From Armatimonadota bacterium (lineage in GTDB: Bacteria > Armatimonadota > Zipacnadia > Zipacnadales > UBA5352), in NCBI GenBank assembly GCA_034722055.1, contig JAYENL010000093.1:1-29521 (forward strand): 29,521 nt of DNA, read 5' to 3'. Positions 1 to 8,804 of this stretch are shown piece after piece; position 1 is the stretch's first letter; each line of letters begins with the position of its first letter. The notes beneath the pieces are model-generated. The model ran no database searches and was not told the DNA's origin. It saw nothing but the letters and a program-made list of their open reading frames with translations. A program made the translations under genes and the position numbers.

Positions 1-1
1 G

Positions 2-850
2 GCGGAGGATGGTGTGCACCTGGCGAGGACTTTGGGCCAGCCGCTGATCCCGAAGAACACCCCGCCGTTCAACAGCGTCTATCTGCAGCCGCAGGCGAAC
101 CCGGTGCGCCTGGGCGAGCGGCGGCTGTACTGGTACCGGTCGGGCAAGAGCGGCAGCGAGTGGAACATGGCGACGATCCGGCTGAACGGGGAGGCGCTGT
201 ATCGGCTGGACACGTCTGCGACGGAGGGCATGGTGGAGACGTGCGAGCTGTCGCGCCGTGGCGAGATGTGGGACGAGCTGCGCGTGAACGCGGCTCCGAA
301 GGACGGCACGGTGGAGGTGTCGGTGCTGGATGCGGCGACCGGAGAGCCGGTGCCGGGCTTCGATTACGACGACTGCGACGGAGTGAGGGATGACGTGGAG
401 CAGCGGGTGAGCTGGCAGAGCGCGGGTCTGAGCGAGGTCACGTGCGGGCACGTAAAGCTGCGCTTCCGGCTGCGCAGACCCACGGCGGAGGACGCGTCCC
501 CGGAGCTTTACGGATGGATGATTGCGCCGCCACGGGCAGCGGATCGGCCGACGGTGACCACAGTGCAGGTGGAGGGGAAGACCAACCCGGCACGCGTGGC
601 GGATCCGCAACCGGAGCTGTCGTGGGAGTACGAGGATCGGCTGGACCGAGAGCAGACGGCCTACCAGGTGCTGGTGTCGTCGTCTGAGGAGAAGCTCGAT
701 GCCGACGAGGGTGACCTGTGGGACACGGGGGTGGTGCTCTCGGGCGAACACGAGGTGAAGTACGGGGGCGCGGAGCTGGATTCGGAGCGGACGTACTTCT
801 GGAAGGTGCGTGTGCGCAACAGCGAAGGAGCGTGGTCCGAGGAATGGTAG
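2..850 (+). CDS. Partial (5' truncated) glycosidase-like protein with a C-terminal Fn3-like domain
   Basis: Frame is open to the window edge. ELRVNAAPKDGTVEVSVLDAATGEPVPGFDYDDCD..KLRFRL..LYG resembles the beta-sandwich that follows beta-propeller glycosidase domains. PQPELSW..QTAYQVLVSSS..DLWDTG..YFWKVRVRN resembles the Fn3-like N-terminal domain of GH78 rhamnosidases. The stop overlaps the next start. Confidence 0.7.
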   Translation, partial: AEDGVHLARTLGQPLIPKNTPPFNSVYLQPQANPVRLGERRLYWYRSGKSGSEWNMATIRLNGEALYRLDTSATEGMVETCELSRRGEMWDELRVNAAPKDGTVEVSVLDAATGEPVPGFDYDDCDGVRDDVEQRVSWQSAGLSEVTCGHVKLRFRLRRPTAEDASPELYGWMIAPPRAADRPTVTTVQVEGKTNPARVADPQPELSWEYEDRLDREQTAYQVLVSSSEEKLDADEGDLWDTGVVLSGEHEVKYGGAELDSERTYFWKVRVRNSEGAWSEEW

Positions 851-1500
851 CGTCGGGGGTCTTCACGACGGCGAACCTGACATCGTACTGCTCGGCGGAG
901 GACGTGCTGGAACTGCTGCGGGCGTATGATCTCTCTGACTGGGGAAGCGAGGAGGAGCTGACAGGGAGGATCGCGGGGCTGCTGGGGGAGACTCGGGCGG
1001 CGATCGACAGCGCGGCGGGCCGCGACTTCCTGCTGCACGCGGACGAGACTGTACACGTGGACGGAACGGGGACGCGGGTGCTGCTGCTGGGGCCGCTTGG
1101 GCTGACACCGGTGGTGTCGGTGGAGAGCGTGAGCGTGGATGGCGCGGAGCTGGAAGCCGACGAGTGGCTGCTGTATCCGGAGGAGACGGCAATCGTGCTG
1201 GCGGCGTCCAGCGATCTGGGGAGTCGGTTCCCCGAGGGGCGGCAGAACATCACGATCGTGCTGGACTGGGGATACGAGCAGACGCCGGCGGATGTGCGGA
1301 CAGCGCAGGCGAAGCTGACGGCTGCAGAGCTGCTGGCGCGGATGACGGGCGAGGAGGGTGGGGTGGAGTCCGTGAGCGTGGGAGACTACAGCGTGAGCTA
1401 CGGAAGCGCCGGCCGGTTTGCCTACAGCGTGCGGCGGCTGGTGGCCGAAGCGAATGAGGTAGTGGCGCGCTACCGGCGGCTCGACTTCTGCGCGATCTGA
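844..1500 (+). CDS. Phage head-tail connector/adaptor (HK97 gp6 / SPP1 gp15-like, long form)
   Basis: ATG at 844 overlaps the upstream stop. Motifs YCSAEDV, AIDSAAGRDF, PVVSVESVSVDG, FPEGRQNITIVLDWGYEQTPADVR, VESVSVGDYSVSY and C-terminal ARYRR. Confidence 0.85.
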   Translation: MVASGVFTTANLTSYCSAEDVLELLRAYDLSDWGSEEELTGRIAGLLGETRAAIDSAAGRDFLLHADETVHVDGTGTRVLLLGPLGLTPVVSVESVSVDGAELEADEWLLYPEETAIVLAASSDLGSRFPEGRQNITIVLDWGYEQTPADVRTAQAKLTAAELLARMTGEEGGVESVSVGDYSVSYGSAGRFAYSVRRLVAEANEVVARYRRLDFCAI

Positions 1501-1518
1501 GAGGAGGCTGACCTGCGG

Positions 1519-2052
1519 ATGGTAGATGCGACCTTCCGGGAGCTGATGACCGGTGAGGCGGCGGTGATGCGTCCGGATGTGGACCTGGACGGCGAAGGGG
1601 GGCTGAAGACGCCGGTTTACGAGGAAGTGCAGAGCGGGGTGCGAGTGCGGATCGCGCGGGCGAGGACGGACAGCGAGGATGACCTGCTGGGCAGGGCGGA
1701 GGACATCAGCCACGTGGCGTACGGCGAGGTGGTGGATGTGCGGCCGGCGGACCGGCTGGTGACTCGGCCGGTGCAGACGGCCCTGGCTGAGGACGTAGAG
1801 AGTGGGGCGACGGAGCTGCCGGTGGCGTCCACAGATGGTCTGCATGACGGCCAGGATGTGGAGATCGGTGCAATCGTGGAGGAGCGGGTGATTACGGTCG
1901 TGGGCGCAAGCTCGATTACGGTCAGCCCGGCGCTGGAGGCGGAGCACAGCGCGGGTGAGGCCGTGAGGGTTGTGGAGCAGTACGAGGTGGTTGCGGTGGA
2001 GGACGCGGCCGGGGCAGGTCATCACCTGCGGATGATGGTCAGGAAGCTGTAG
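1519..2052 (+). CDS. Phage head-closure protein (SPP1 gp16-like) with an inserted beta-rich domain
   Basis: Follows the connector; GGAGG RBS. DGEGG..VYEEV, DVRPADRLV and YEVVAVEDAAGAGHHLRMMV are typical of head-tail joining proteins. Confidence 0.7.
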   Translation: MVDATFRELMTGEAAVMRPDVDLDGEGGLKTPVYEEVQSGVRVRIARARTDSEDDLLGRAEDISHVAYGEVVDVRPADRLVTRPVQTALAEDVESGATELPVASTDGLHDGQDVEIGAIVEERVITVVGASSITVSPALEAEHSAGEAVRVVEQYEVVAVEDAAGAGHHLRMMVRKL

Positions 2053-2085
2053 AGGCGGGAGCGGTGAGGACGGCGGATCGAGTCA

Positions 2086-2119
2086 TGGCGGGCGGCCTGG
2101 AGGCGGAGGCCGCCCGCCA
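2086..2119. repeat. Perfect 13-bp inverted repeat (intergenic hairpin)
   Basis: TGGCGGGCGGCCT-N8-AGGCCGCCCGCCA; no U-tract. Confidence 0.85.
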
Positions 2120-2182
2120 GCGATTCGGGAGCGGCGCATCAGATACAAGCGAGGCGGGTACCGCGATACGGAGGGAAAGCGA

Positions 2183-2869
2183 GTGGCAGCAGACATGTTC
2201 CGCCAGAACGAGATCGCGCGGGCGATCCGCATGCTGTGCCAGGGCGCGACGGCGCTGACGGCGGACGCGTCGGGGGGCGACCAGGTGAGCGTCGGCTCGA
2301 ACGAGATGTTCGAGGTCGGGCAGCAGGTGCGACTTCGAGACGCAGCCGGCGAGGAGGAGAAGACGGTCTCGGGGCTGGTGGGCCTGACGACGGTGAAGTT
2401 CACTGAGGCGATCAGCGGCGAGTACCTGGTGAGCCGGGGCGCACGGCTGGAATGGGCGGACAACCCGCTGGGGACCGTGCAGTGGGTGGGCCAGGGATCG
2501 CCGGAGCTCATGCCGCGGTCGCCTGTGGAGCGTTTCCCGTGTGTGCTGGTGCTTCCCGGTGAGATGCATCAGCCGCTGAACGAGGGGACGAACCGGACCT
2601 TCCAGCAGGATTACAGCTTCAGGGTCTACTACGTGATGCAGCACGATGAGGGTCAGCGTGCGAACATTGAGGTGCTGGATCGAGCGGCGACGCTCTTCAA
2701 CGTGCTGATGGCAGACCCCTACCTGGGAGGGACGTGCTGGCACAGCCAGGTGACGAGGGTGGATCCGGACCCGGCAGTTCAGGAGCGGCTGAGAGAAGAT
2801 GAGCGACCGCTGCGGGTCGTGGAGCTGACGGTCATGGCGCGGCGAGCGGCGCTGTGGAAGCCGGCTTGA
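2183..2869 (+). CDS. Putative tail terminator/completion protein (lambda gpU-like) with an inserted domain
   Basis: Directly upstream of the tube gene. RFPCVLVLP..YSFRVYY..LFNVLMADPYLGGTC..VVELTV pattern; GTG start with a GAGGG RBS. Confidence 0.6.
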   Translation: MAADMFRQNEIARAIRMLCQGATALTADASGGDQVSVGSNEMFEVGQQVRLRDAAGEEEKTVSGLVGLTTVKFTEAISGEYLVSRGARLEWADNPLGTVQWVGQGSPELMPRSPVERFPCVLVLPGEMHQPLNEGTNRTFQQDYSFRVYYVMQHDEGQRANIEVLDRAATLFNVLMADPYLGGTCWHSQVTRVDPDPAVQERLREDERPLRVVELTVMARRAALWKPA

Positions 2870-2927
2870 CAGAGTTTGTGAGGAGATCAGGCGCTGAGAG
2901 CGCGGAGAGATACAGGGTGGTGTGAGC

Positions 2928-3833
2928 ATGGCCGTGGCACTTGCACAGGAGGGCAGCTTCGGCTTCGGGCTGCAGGTCGAGAGGGGGACATACGAGGCGC
3001 CGACGGTGTGGCTGCCGCTGATAAAGAGGAGCGGCGGGCGCGGAGAGGACATCCAACTGCACAAGAACTTCACGCTGCTGGATCTGGCGGACAGCAACGA
3101 GTATGAGAGCCGCTACTACTCGGCAGGCGAGTGGGCTGAGGGTGAGGTGGCGGTGCCGCTGATCCCCGGCTCGCTGACCGAGCTGCTGTCGTGGATGCAA
3201 GACCGCGACAGCAACAGCCAGGGGAAGTGGGCGTCGGCGCTGATAGACTGCGTGAACTCGGTGAAGAAGCTGACGGACGCCAAGGTGCGGCGGGCGAGGA
3301 TCAGCATGACCAAGGGCCAGCCAGTGGTGTGCACGCTGGACGTGGGAGCGCTGATGATGGAGGCGGGCTCACCGGTGAGCCCGACGATGCCGGAGGAAGC
3401 CCCGTACATCTTCCGGGAGGCGACAGTGGAGATCGCGAGCGGCGGCGGTGGTCTGTCGGCGGATGCCAACTGTGAGCGGATCGACATCGTTATCGACAAC
3501 GCGGTGGAGGAGATGAAGGAGGGGGTGCGGCTGGCGACCGGCCTGGCGCCGAGGCAGATGTACAACCTCTCGGGCGTGCGGTCCTGGGGGGCACTGAGTC
3601 GGGACTTCGTGGACAGCGCGGTGTACGCCGACTTCGCGAACGGGCAGGAGGCGGCGCTCTCAATCACGCTAACGCGGGGAGTAGCCAGCGCAGTGATCAC
3701 GCTGCCGCGGATACTGTACACGGCGAGCGACATGGGGCTGCCAGGGACGCACGACCAGCGGATCGTGGAGAAGGTGGAGTTCGTGGCCCTGGGGAGCGTG
3801 GATGGATTGACGCCGCCGGTGACGCTCACGTAG
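2928..3833 (+). CDS. Phage major tail (tube) protein
   Basis: About 300 aa and beta-rich. N-terminal FGFGLQVERGTYEAP and C-terminal VITLPRILY..IVEKVEFVAL resemble tail tube families. No sheath gene is adjacent. Confidence 0.75.
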   Translation: MAVALAQEGSFGFGLQVERGTYEAPTVWLPLIKRSGGRGEDIQLHKNFTLLDLADSNEYESRYYSAGEWAEGEVAVPLIPGSLTELLSWMQDRDSNSQGKWASALIDCVNSVKKLTDAKVRRARISMTKGQPVVCTLDVGALMMEAGSPVSPTMPEEAPYIFREATVEIASGGGGLSADANCERIDIVIDNAVEEMKEGVRLATGLAPRQMYNLSGVRSWGALSRDFVDSAVYADFANGQEAALSITLTRGVASAVITLPRILYTASDMGLPGTHDQRIVEKVEFVALGSVDGLTPPVTLT

Positions 3834-3870
3834 TGGGCGAAGCGATGGCAGAGGGAGGACGCAGGGACTG

Positions 3871-4167
3871 ATGAGCGAGGAGATCACGGTGAAGCTGTAC
3901 CGGACGAGCGACCTGACGGAGGCGGCGGCGTTGTGGTCGCTGGGGCATCCGCTGCACAAGATCGAGGTGCGGGAGAGCTGGGCGACATTCGTGATCGGCT
4001 ACGTGATCGACGACGAGGAGTTCGAGGAGCTGATTGACAGCTACCAGCGAGGGGAGCTGCTGGTGGAGGCCGGCGAGTTCGCCCGGCGGAGGAACGAGAC
4101 TGCCGCGAAGATGCGCCGGGCCATCGCGGAGGAGCAGTCCGAAGCGGGAGGTGACGGGGGTGAGTGA
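3871..4167 (+). CDS. Small protein, DUF5659-like
   Basis: YRTSDLTEAAALWSLGHPL..FVI..LIDSYQRGELLVEA resembles the DUF5659 pattern as recalled; not searched. Confidence 0.5.
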   Translation: MSEEITVKLYRTSDLTEAAALWSLGHPLHKIEVRESWATFVIGYVIDDEEFEELIDSYQRGELLVEAGEFARRRNETAAKMRRAIAEEQSEAGGDGGE

Positions 4168-4630
4168 CCGACCGCCACGGACCGACGCCTGGATCATCTG
4201 CGCAGCCGGTCGGGAGACGACGAGACGCTTCGAGGCCCCGGTTGACCCTCCTGGCTGGGAGGGTCGGCCGTGGGTGGTGCTGCGGCCGCTGACGGCGCGG
4301 GAGGCGCTGCGCCGGGAGAGCCTGGGCTTGGTGGAGGAGTACGAGCTTGTGGGCGACGGGACGCCACAGGTGCTGCGCCGGACGTACGACGCGGAGGCGA
4401 TGGTGGAGTTCGAGCTGGAGCGGTGCCTGGTGGACTACGAGCTGCCGATACGGGCAGACGATGGCGAGGTCGGGCGGCTAAGGCCGGAGGACGAGTCCGG
4501 GCAGCAGCGCAGGGAACTGCTGGATCGCCTGCCACCGGCGCTGATGACATGGCTGATTGAGTGCCTGGAGGCAGTGAACATGCGCCGGGCGGCGGACGCG
4601 GAGGTGCTGGCGGAGGCAAAAAAAGGCTGA
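4160..4630 (+). CDS. Tail assembly chaperone (gpG-like), 156 aa
   Basis: GTG at 4160 with a GGAGGTG RBS, overlapping the previous gene. VVLRPLTARE..CLVDYEL..LDRLP motifs; ends EAKKG on an A7 run. Confidence 0.75.
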   Translation: MSDRPPRTDAWIICAAGRETTRRFEAPVDPPGWEGRPWVVLRPLTAREALRRESLGLVEEYELVGDGTPQVLRRTYDAEAMVEFELERCLVDYELPIRADDGEVGRLRPEDESGQQRRELLDRLPPALMTWLIECLEAVNMRRAADAEVLAEAKKG

Positions 4631-4662
4631 GGGGCGCCGCTGAGGCGATGGCCAGCGGCCTC
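4600..4662 (+). promoter_or_regulatory. Programmed -1 ribosomal frameshift signal
   Basis: Internal SD GGAGGTG at 4600-4606, slippery A AAA AAA at 4618-4624, stem GCCGCTG/CAGCGGC at 4636-4659. Confidence 0.8.
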
Positions 4663-4959
4663 GACGTGGCATGGCTTGACCTGCCTGCCGAGCCTGCGGT
4701 GGAAGATGAGCAGCTCCGAGAGGGCAGGGACTTCGTTGGAGTCGAGGAGCTGATGTCCCGGAGCGGCCGGCGGGACCGGCGTGTGGTGGACGTGGAGATC
4801 GCCGGGAGGCTGGCACGGGCGGTGATCGAGGAGATGCGGTGGGCCGGGTGGAGCGGAGAGCTACCGGGAGGGCTGCCCTGGGACAGGCAGCCCTCCTGGC
4901 GCGTACGGCTGTGGGAGCACTGGCTGTCTGTTCGCGACGAAGCGGTGGCCCAGAGATAG
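4624..4959 (+). CDS. gpT-like frameshift extension of the tail assembly chaperone (GT fusion about 266 aa)
   Basis: The -1 frame is open across the slippery site to TAG at 4959. The Trp-rich end ELPGGLPWDRQPSW resembles T-type segments. Confidence 0.7.
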   Translation, partial: RLRGAAEAMASGLDVAWLDLPAEPAVEDEQLREGRDFVGVEELMSRSGRRDRRVVDVEIAGRLARAVIEEMRWAGWSGELPGGLPWDRQPSWRVRLWEHWLSVRDEAVAQR

Positions 4960-4979
4960 GCATTGTGAGGTGACGGAGA

Positions 4980-5561
4980 GTGACCGTCTTCGACGAGCGG
5001 TCCGTGGAGCTGCGGACGCCATGGGCTCTGCGCGCACGGGAGAGTCTGCGCTATCTGAGGCAGTTGGGTGCACGGGTGATGGCGCCGAGAATAGCGCTGG
5101 ACCTGATGGGGGTCCGTGAGCATCTGAGGCCGCCAGGGCCGGGCGGGGATGAGGCACTGGTGGCGGCGCCAGCGGCCGGTGCCCCGCCCGCGCAGCGAGT
5201 GACAGGGGCCGGCGGCGCGGAGGGGCGGTTGGCCGAGGAAGTTGCAGCTACCGGGAACCGGCCTGTGGCTGGTGCTCTCGCACTCGGCGGGTGGCCCAGG
5301 CGCGCTATCAACGGTGGGGTGGTGACGCACCGAGTGGCGGCCGGGCTGCAGACTCCGTTGATGGCTCCGGCCGCGCCCTCCGTGGTGGAAGTGCCCGGGG
5401 CCGATGCGCTGTCAGCGCAGGCCGTGATGGGCAGGGAGCGCAGTATCGGCGCGACTGCAGAAGCGGCGCCTTACGCGAAGGAGATATCGAGGAGCAGCCC
5501 GGCCCAGGGCGGAGATAGGGAGCGGGTCGTGCGGCGGGAGCGGGTGGATCTGCACCGGTGA
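4980..5561 (+). CDS. Ala/Pro/Gly-rich hypothetical protein in the tape-measure position
   Basis: 193-aa ORF with a GTG start and purine-rich RBS, filling the gap between GT and the tip genes. Function is inferred from position only. Confidence 0.5.
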   Translation: MTVFDERSVELRTPWALRARESLRYLRQLGARVMAPRIALDLMGVREHLRPPGPGGDEALVAAPAAGAPPAQRVTGAGGAEGRLAEEVAATGNRPVAGALALGGWPRRAINGGVVTHRVAAGLQTPLMAPAAPSVVEVPGADALSAQAVMGRERSIGATAEAAPYAKEISRSSPAQGGDRERVVRRERVDLHR

Positions 5562-5621
5562 TGTCCGGCAGATGGCTGAGAGGCGCAGGCACCTGACAAG
5601 AGCGAGGATGAGAGGATCGAC

Positions 5622-8600
5622 ATGGCACTGGTGAATCCGGGGCTGGGCGAGAGCCTGTTGGACTGCGTGAGCGCCGTCGAGACGAAGGAGTCGGATGCGG
5701 GCGACGACACGGTCGCGGGGCGTGCTGAGAAGCGAGCATTGAGTGGGCACATCGTGCTGCTGGCGAGCTTCCTGGACCGCGGCGACGGCACAAATGCGCT
5801 GGACTACGACGACGCCCAGCGAAGCGATGCCGAGAACTACTACAAGCGGCTGACTGTGGGGATGGCGGCGCGACTGCTGGAGCGGCTGGAGGGCGAGCCG
5901 GAGCGGACGTGGCCGGAGGTCGGCGAGCTGGCGCAGATCCTGTCGGACCTGACGACCACCGAGGATACCTCCTGGCGGCGGGAGATCGTGCCTCTGGGCC
6001 AGGACACGGGAGTGACGGTGGAGCTGCGGCAGACGGTGGCGGGAAGCGCATCCTTCGATACGCCGGGCGGGACGGTCACCGCGCACGTGTACCAGGCGCG
6101 GAGCCCGGACGTGGCACTGAACGGAGTGGACGTCTATCTGCTGGAGATGCTGCCGGAGGAGGGCGACGAGGAGCCGACTGAGCGGTACGCGGTGATGGTC
6201 GATGATCCGTGGTGGGGGCGGAGAATCCAGCCGGCGAGCTTCACGGAAGCGCCACTGACCGAGCACGTCACGATGGGCTACCGGCTGCGGGGGCGGATTC
6301 TGAGTGACGGGACGCCGGTGGCGGACGCGAACGTGAGCCTGGAGCTGGTTCTTGACACGGCCGAGGACGGCATCGTGATCGCCTGGGACAGCCTGGAGTA
6401 CAACGAGCTGATCTGGGACGCGGAGCTGTCCACCTACGTTGAGGGCGCGCAGGTGTTCGCGCCGATACGGACCGATGCGGACGGCCGGTGGGAGTTCATT
6501 GCGCCGAAGGGACACGGAGCGCTGTACCAGCGTGCGGGTGACAGACGGGACGATACGCCGCAGAGCGGGGCGGGACGCCTGCCGCGGATGCTGAGCGAGG
6601 TGCGGTGCGCGTACCTGGGCCGGAAGGTGCCCGTGTACGAGGGTGTGGAGGCCGTGCTCGACATCCTCAGCGGGACGCTGGAGGTGAGCGGGGAGCCGGA
6701 CGCGGCGATTCGGGTTGGGACGCTGGACGATCCCGGGGCGGAGTACACCATACCCCCTGAAGGGACCGTGACGATCACCGGTCTGCCGCAGGCCGAGCAC
6801 AGTGTGGTGGCCTACAAGGTGACGGCGTGGGGGACGTGGGACCAGAGCTATGGCTGCGCGCGACAGACTGCGGAGGTGCAGCGGGGGGAGACCACGAGCG
6901 TTTCGATGGGGCCGCTGGAGCACTACACTGATCCCGACATGATCTGCGGGCGGGTGTACCAGCGACCGGGCGTGCCGGCTGAGGGAATCGACATCGTGGT
7001 CATCGACACGGAGCTGTATGAGATCGTGGGGACGATAGCCACGACAGGTCCCGACGGGTACTGGGAGGCGACAGTTCCGCCGGAGGGGCTGGGCGGGCAG
7101 CCGTCGATCCACGATCAGGAATGGGGCTCCATGCCGGTGCTCGGGACGCCCTACTCGGATGTGGTGCTTGGGGCGCGGGCCTATGCGGCGCCGTACGAGC
7201 AGTACAAGCCCGAGGCGTGGCGGAGGCCGCTGCGGGGACACAAGAACTTCCAGTGGTGCCCGCGCAGCGTGGTGGTGCGGGAGTGCGACAGTGGTGAGAC
7301 ATACGACACGAAGGAGCTGGACTACGGGGGCTGGATCACGACGGGGACGCTGCCGAAGTTCAAGTATGTGCCGGACATCATGGATCTGGTGGAGGGCGGT
7401 GCGCAGCCGCACCAGTATGACGTGGTGGTGGACGGGGAAGTGAAGGACCCGTCATTCGAGCTGCGAGGCCAGCCGTTCGACGACAGCGGGAGCGGGGCCG
7501 GTGAGTATCGCGCGGCGGGATACTACCCGGAGCAGAAGCTGCTGCTGGGCGGGAAGGTGCACGGGAACACGCTGGTCGGCGACGAGGAGCGGGTGAGGGG
7601 GAATCTGCCGGAAGCGGCGCGCGTGGGGCTGGAGTTCGGTGAGCACGCCAGGTTCGTCGAGGCAAGGATGAGAGGGGGCGTGGTGACGCGGGCCGGCATG
7701 GCGGATCTGGTGTGCCCGTACTGCGGCGGACCGGCGCGCCGGGGGCCAAGCGGGGACTATCTGCACGGATTCTGCATGCAGTGTGCGGACGCCTTCGGGC
7801 GTGCGGATGCGATGGATTGCCGGGGGTACTTCGAGACGCCCACCATGGCGGCGCAGGCGGAGCCGGGCTACGGGATGCGGCTGGTGCGGCTCTCAGAGCG
7901 GGAGGGGAGCTGGTCGCGGCGGGTGAGGTATCACTGGCGGCCGGACCTGTATGACGAGACGGAGGACTTCGTGACGCAGAGCGGACCGGGCCAGCCCACG
8001 AATGCGCCCAGATGGGTGGCGAAGCACGTTGACGAGGTGAATGACGGGCTGGGCTTCGGGAAGTTCGACGGCGATCAACAGGAGCCGTTCGTGCCGGGCC
8101 ACAACGTGGCGTTCTTCGAGGGCCTCCCGGAGATCGACAGGGAGCTGGGAGTGACGGCGCTGAAGCTGGTATTCCCCGATGGGCACGTGTCGCCGCTGAC
8201 CTACACGGTGGAGATTGACTGCGTGCGCGCGGACAGTGTCATCGAGACGTGGACGGTGACGGTGCCGGCCGGGACGGCCGGGCCGGATCAGGACGACGAG
8301 TTCGGGGACGCGATCCCCGTGGTGGCGCGCCCGAAGCTGGTGGCGGAGTCGGTGAGCAGCCCCTACCGGAACGTGGGCCTGTACAGGGCCGTGGCGGACG
8401 TGCGCCTGGTGGAGCCGCAGAGCGCACCGGGCTGCCGGTTCACGATCGTGAACGACGTGCCCTGGCTGGCGGCGGCGGATGGCGTGCCCGTGGAGACCGA
8501 GAGGGCGACGCCGGTTGCCATCCAGATGGCCCGGATGTGGGGGAACCCGCACCTGATGGACGACGCGGTAGGGCAGCTTTTCCTGTTCTTCGCCGCAGGC

Positions 8601-8804
8601 GGGGACATCTACATGCGGCGGCGGGCGGGGCTGCCGGGCGAGTGGACGGCGGCGCGTCGGATCACAGAGGGCGGCGACGCCGACGAGCCGTGGGCCGGCA
8701 AGGATGCAACGGGCACGATGGTGCTTGTCTGCAGCCGGGGCGGCGGGCGGGTGTCAGTCCTGCGGTCCATTGATGACGGCGAGACCTGGGAAGAGGTGGA
8801 GTGA
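5622..8804 (+). CDS. Large putative tail-tip/adhesin protein (1060 aa)
   Basis: GAGGA RBS. Two carboxypeptidase-regulatory/prealbumin-like repeats (LRGRILSDGTPVADANV..TDADGRW; ICGRVYQRPGVPAEGI..TGPDGYW), a CPYC..CMQC motif and a C-terminal Asp-box SIDDGETW. Confidence 0.7.
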   Translation: MALVNPGLGESLLDCVSAVETKESDAGDDTVAGRAEKRALSGHIVLLASFLDRGDGTNALDYDDAQRSDAENYYKRLTVGMAARLLERLEGEPERTWPEVGELAQILSDLTTTEDTSWRREIVPLGQDTGVTVELRQTVAGSASFDTPGGTVTAHVYQARSPDVALNGVDVYLLEMLPEEGDEEPTERYAVMVDDPWWGRRIQPASFTEAPLTEHVTMGYRLRGRILSDGTPVADANVSLELVLDTAEDGIVIAWDSLEYNELIWDAELSTYVEGAQVFAPIRTDADGRWEFIAPKGHGALYQRAGDRRDDTPQSGAGRLPRMLSEVRCAYLGRKVPVYEGVEAVLDILSGTLEVSGEPDAAIRVGTLDDPGAEYTIPPEGTVTITGLPQAEHSVVAYKVTAWGTWDQSYGCARQTAEVQRGETTSVSMGPLEHYTDPDMICGRVYQRPGVPAEGIDIVVIDTELYEIVGTIATTGPDGYWEATVPPEGLGGQPSIHDQEWGSMPVLGTPYSDVVLGARAYAAPYEQYKPEAWRRPLRGHKNFQWCPRSVVVRECDSGETYDTKELDYGGWITTGTLPKFKYVPDIMDLVEGGAQPHQYDVVVDGEVKDPSFELRGQPFDDSGSGAGEYRAAGYYPEQKLLLGGKVHGNTLVGDEERVRGNLPEAARVGLEFGEHARFVEARMRGGVVTRAGMADLVCPYCGGPARRGPSGDYLHGFCMQCADAFGRADAMDCRGYFETPTMAAQAEPGYGMRLVRLSEREGSWSRRVRYHWRPDLYDETEDFVTQSGPGQPTNAPRWVAKHVDEVNDGLGFGKFDGDQQEPFVPGHNVAFFEGLPEIDRELGVTALKLVFPDGHVSPLTYTVEIDCVRADSVIETWTVTVPAGTAGPDQDDEFGDAIPVVARPKLVAESVSSPYRNVGLYRAVADVRLVEPQSAPGCRFTIVNDVPWLAAADGVPVETERATPVAIQMARMWGNPHLMDDAVGQLFLFFAAGGDIYMRRRAGLPGEWTAARRITEGGDADEPWAGKDATGTMVLVCSRGGGRVSVLRSIDDGETWEEVE

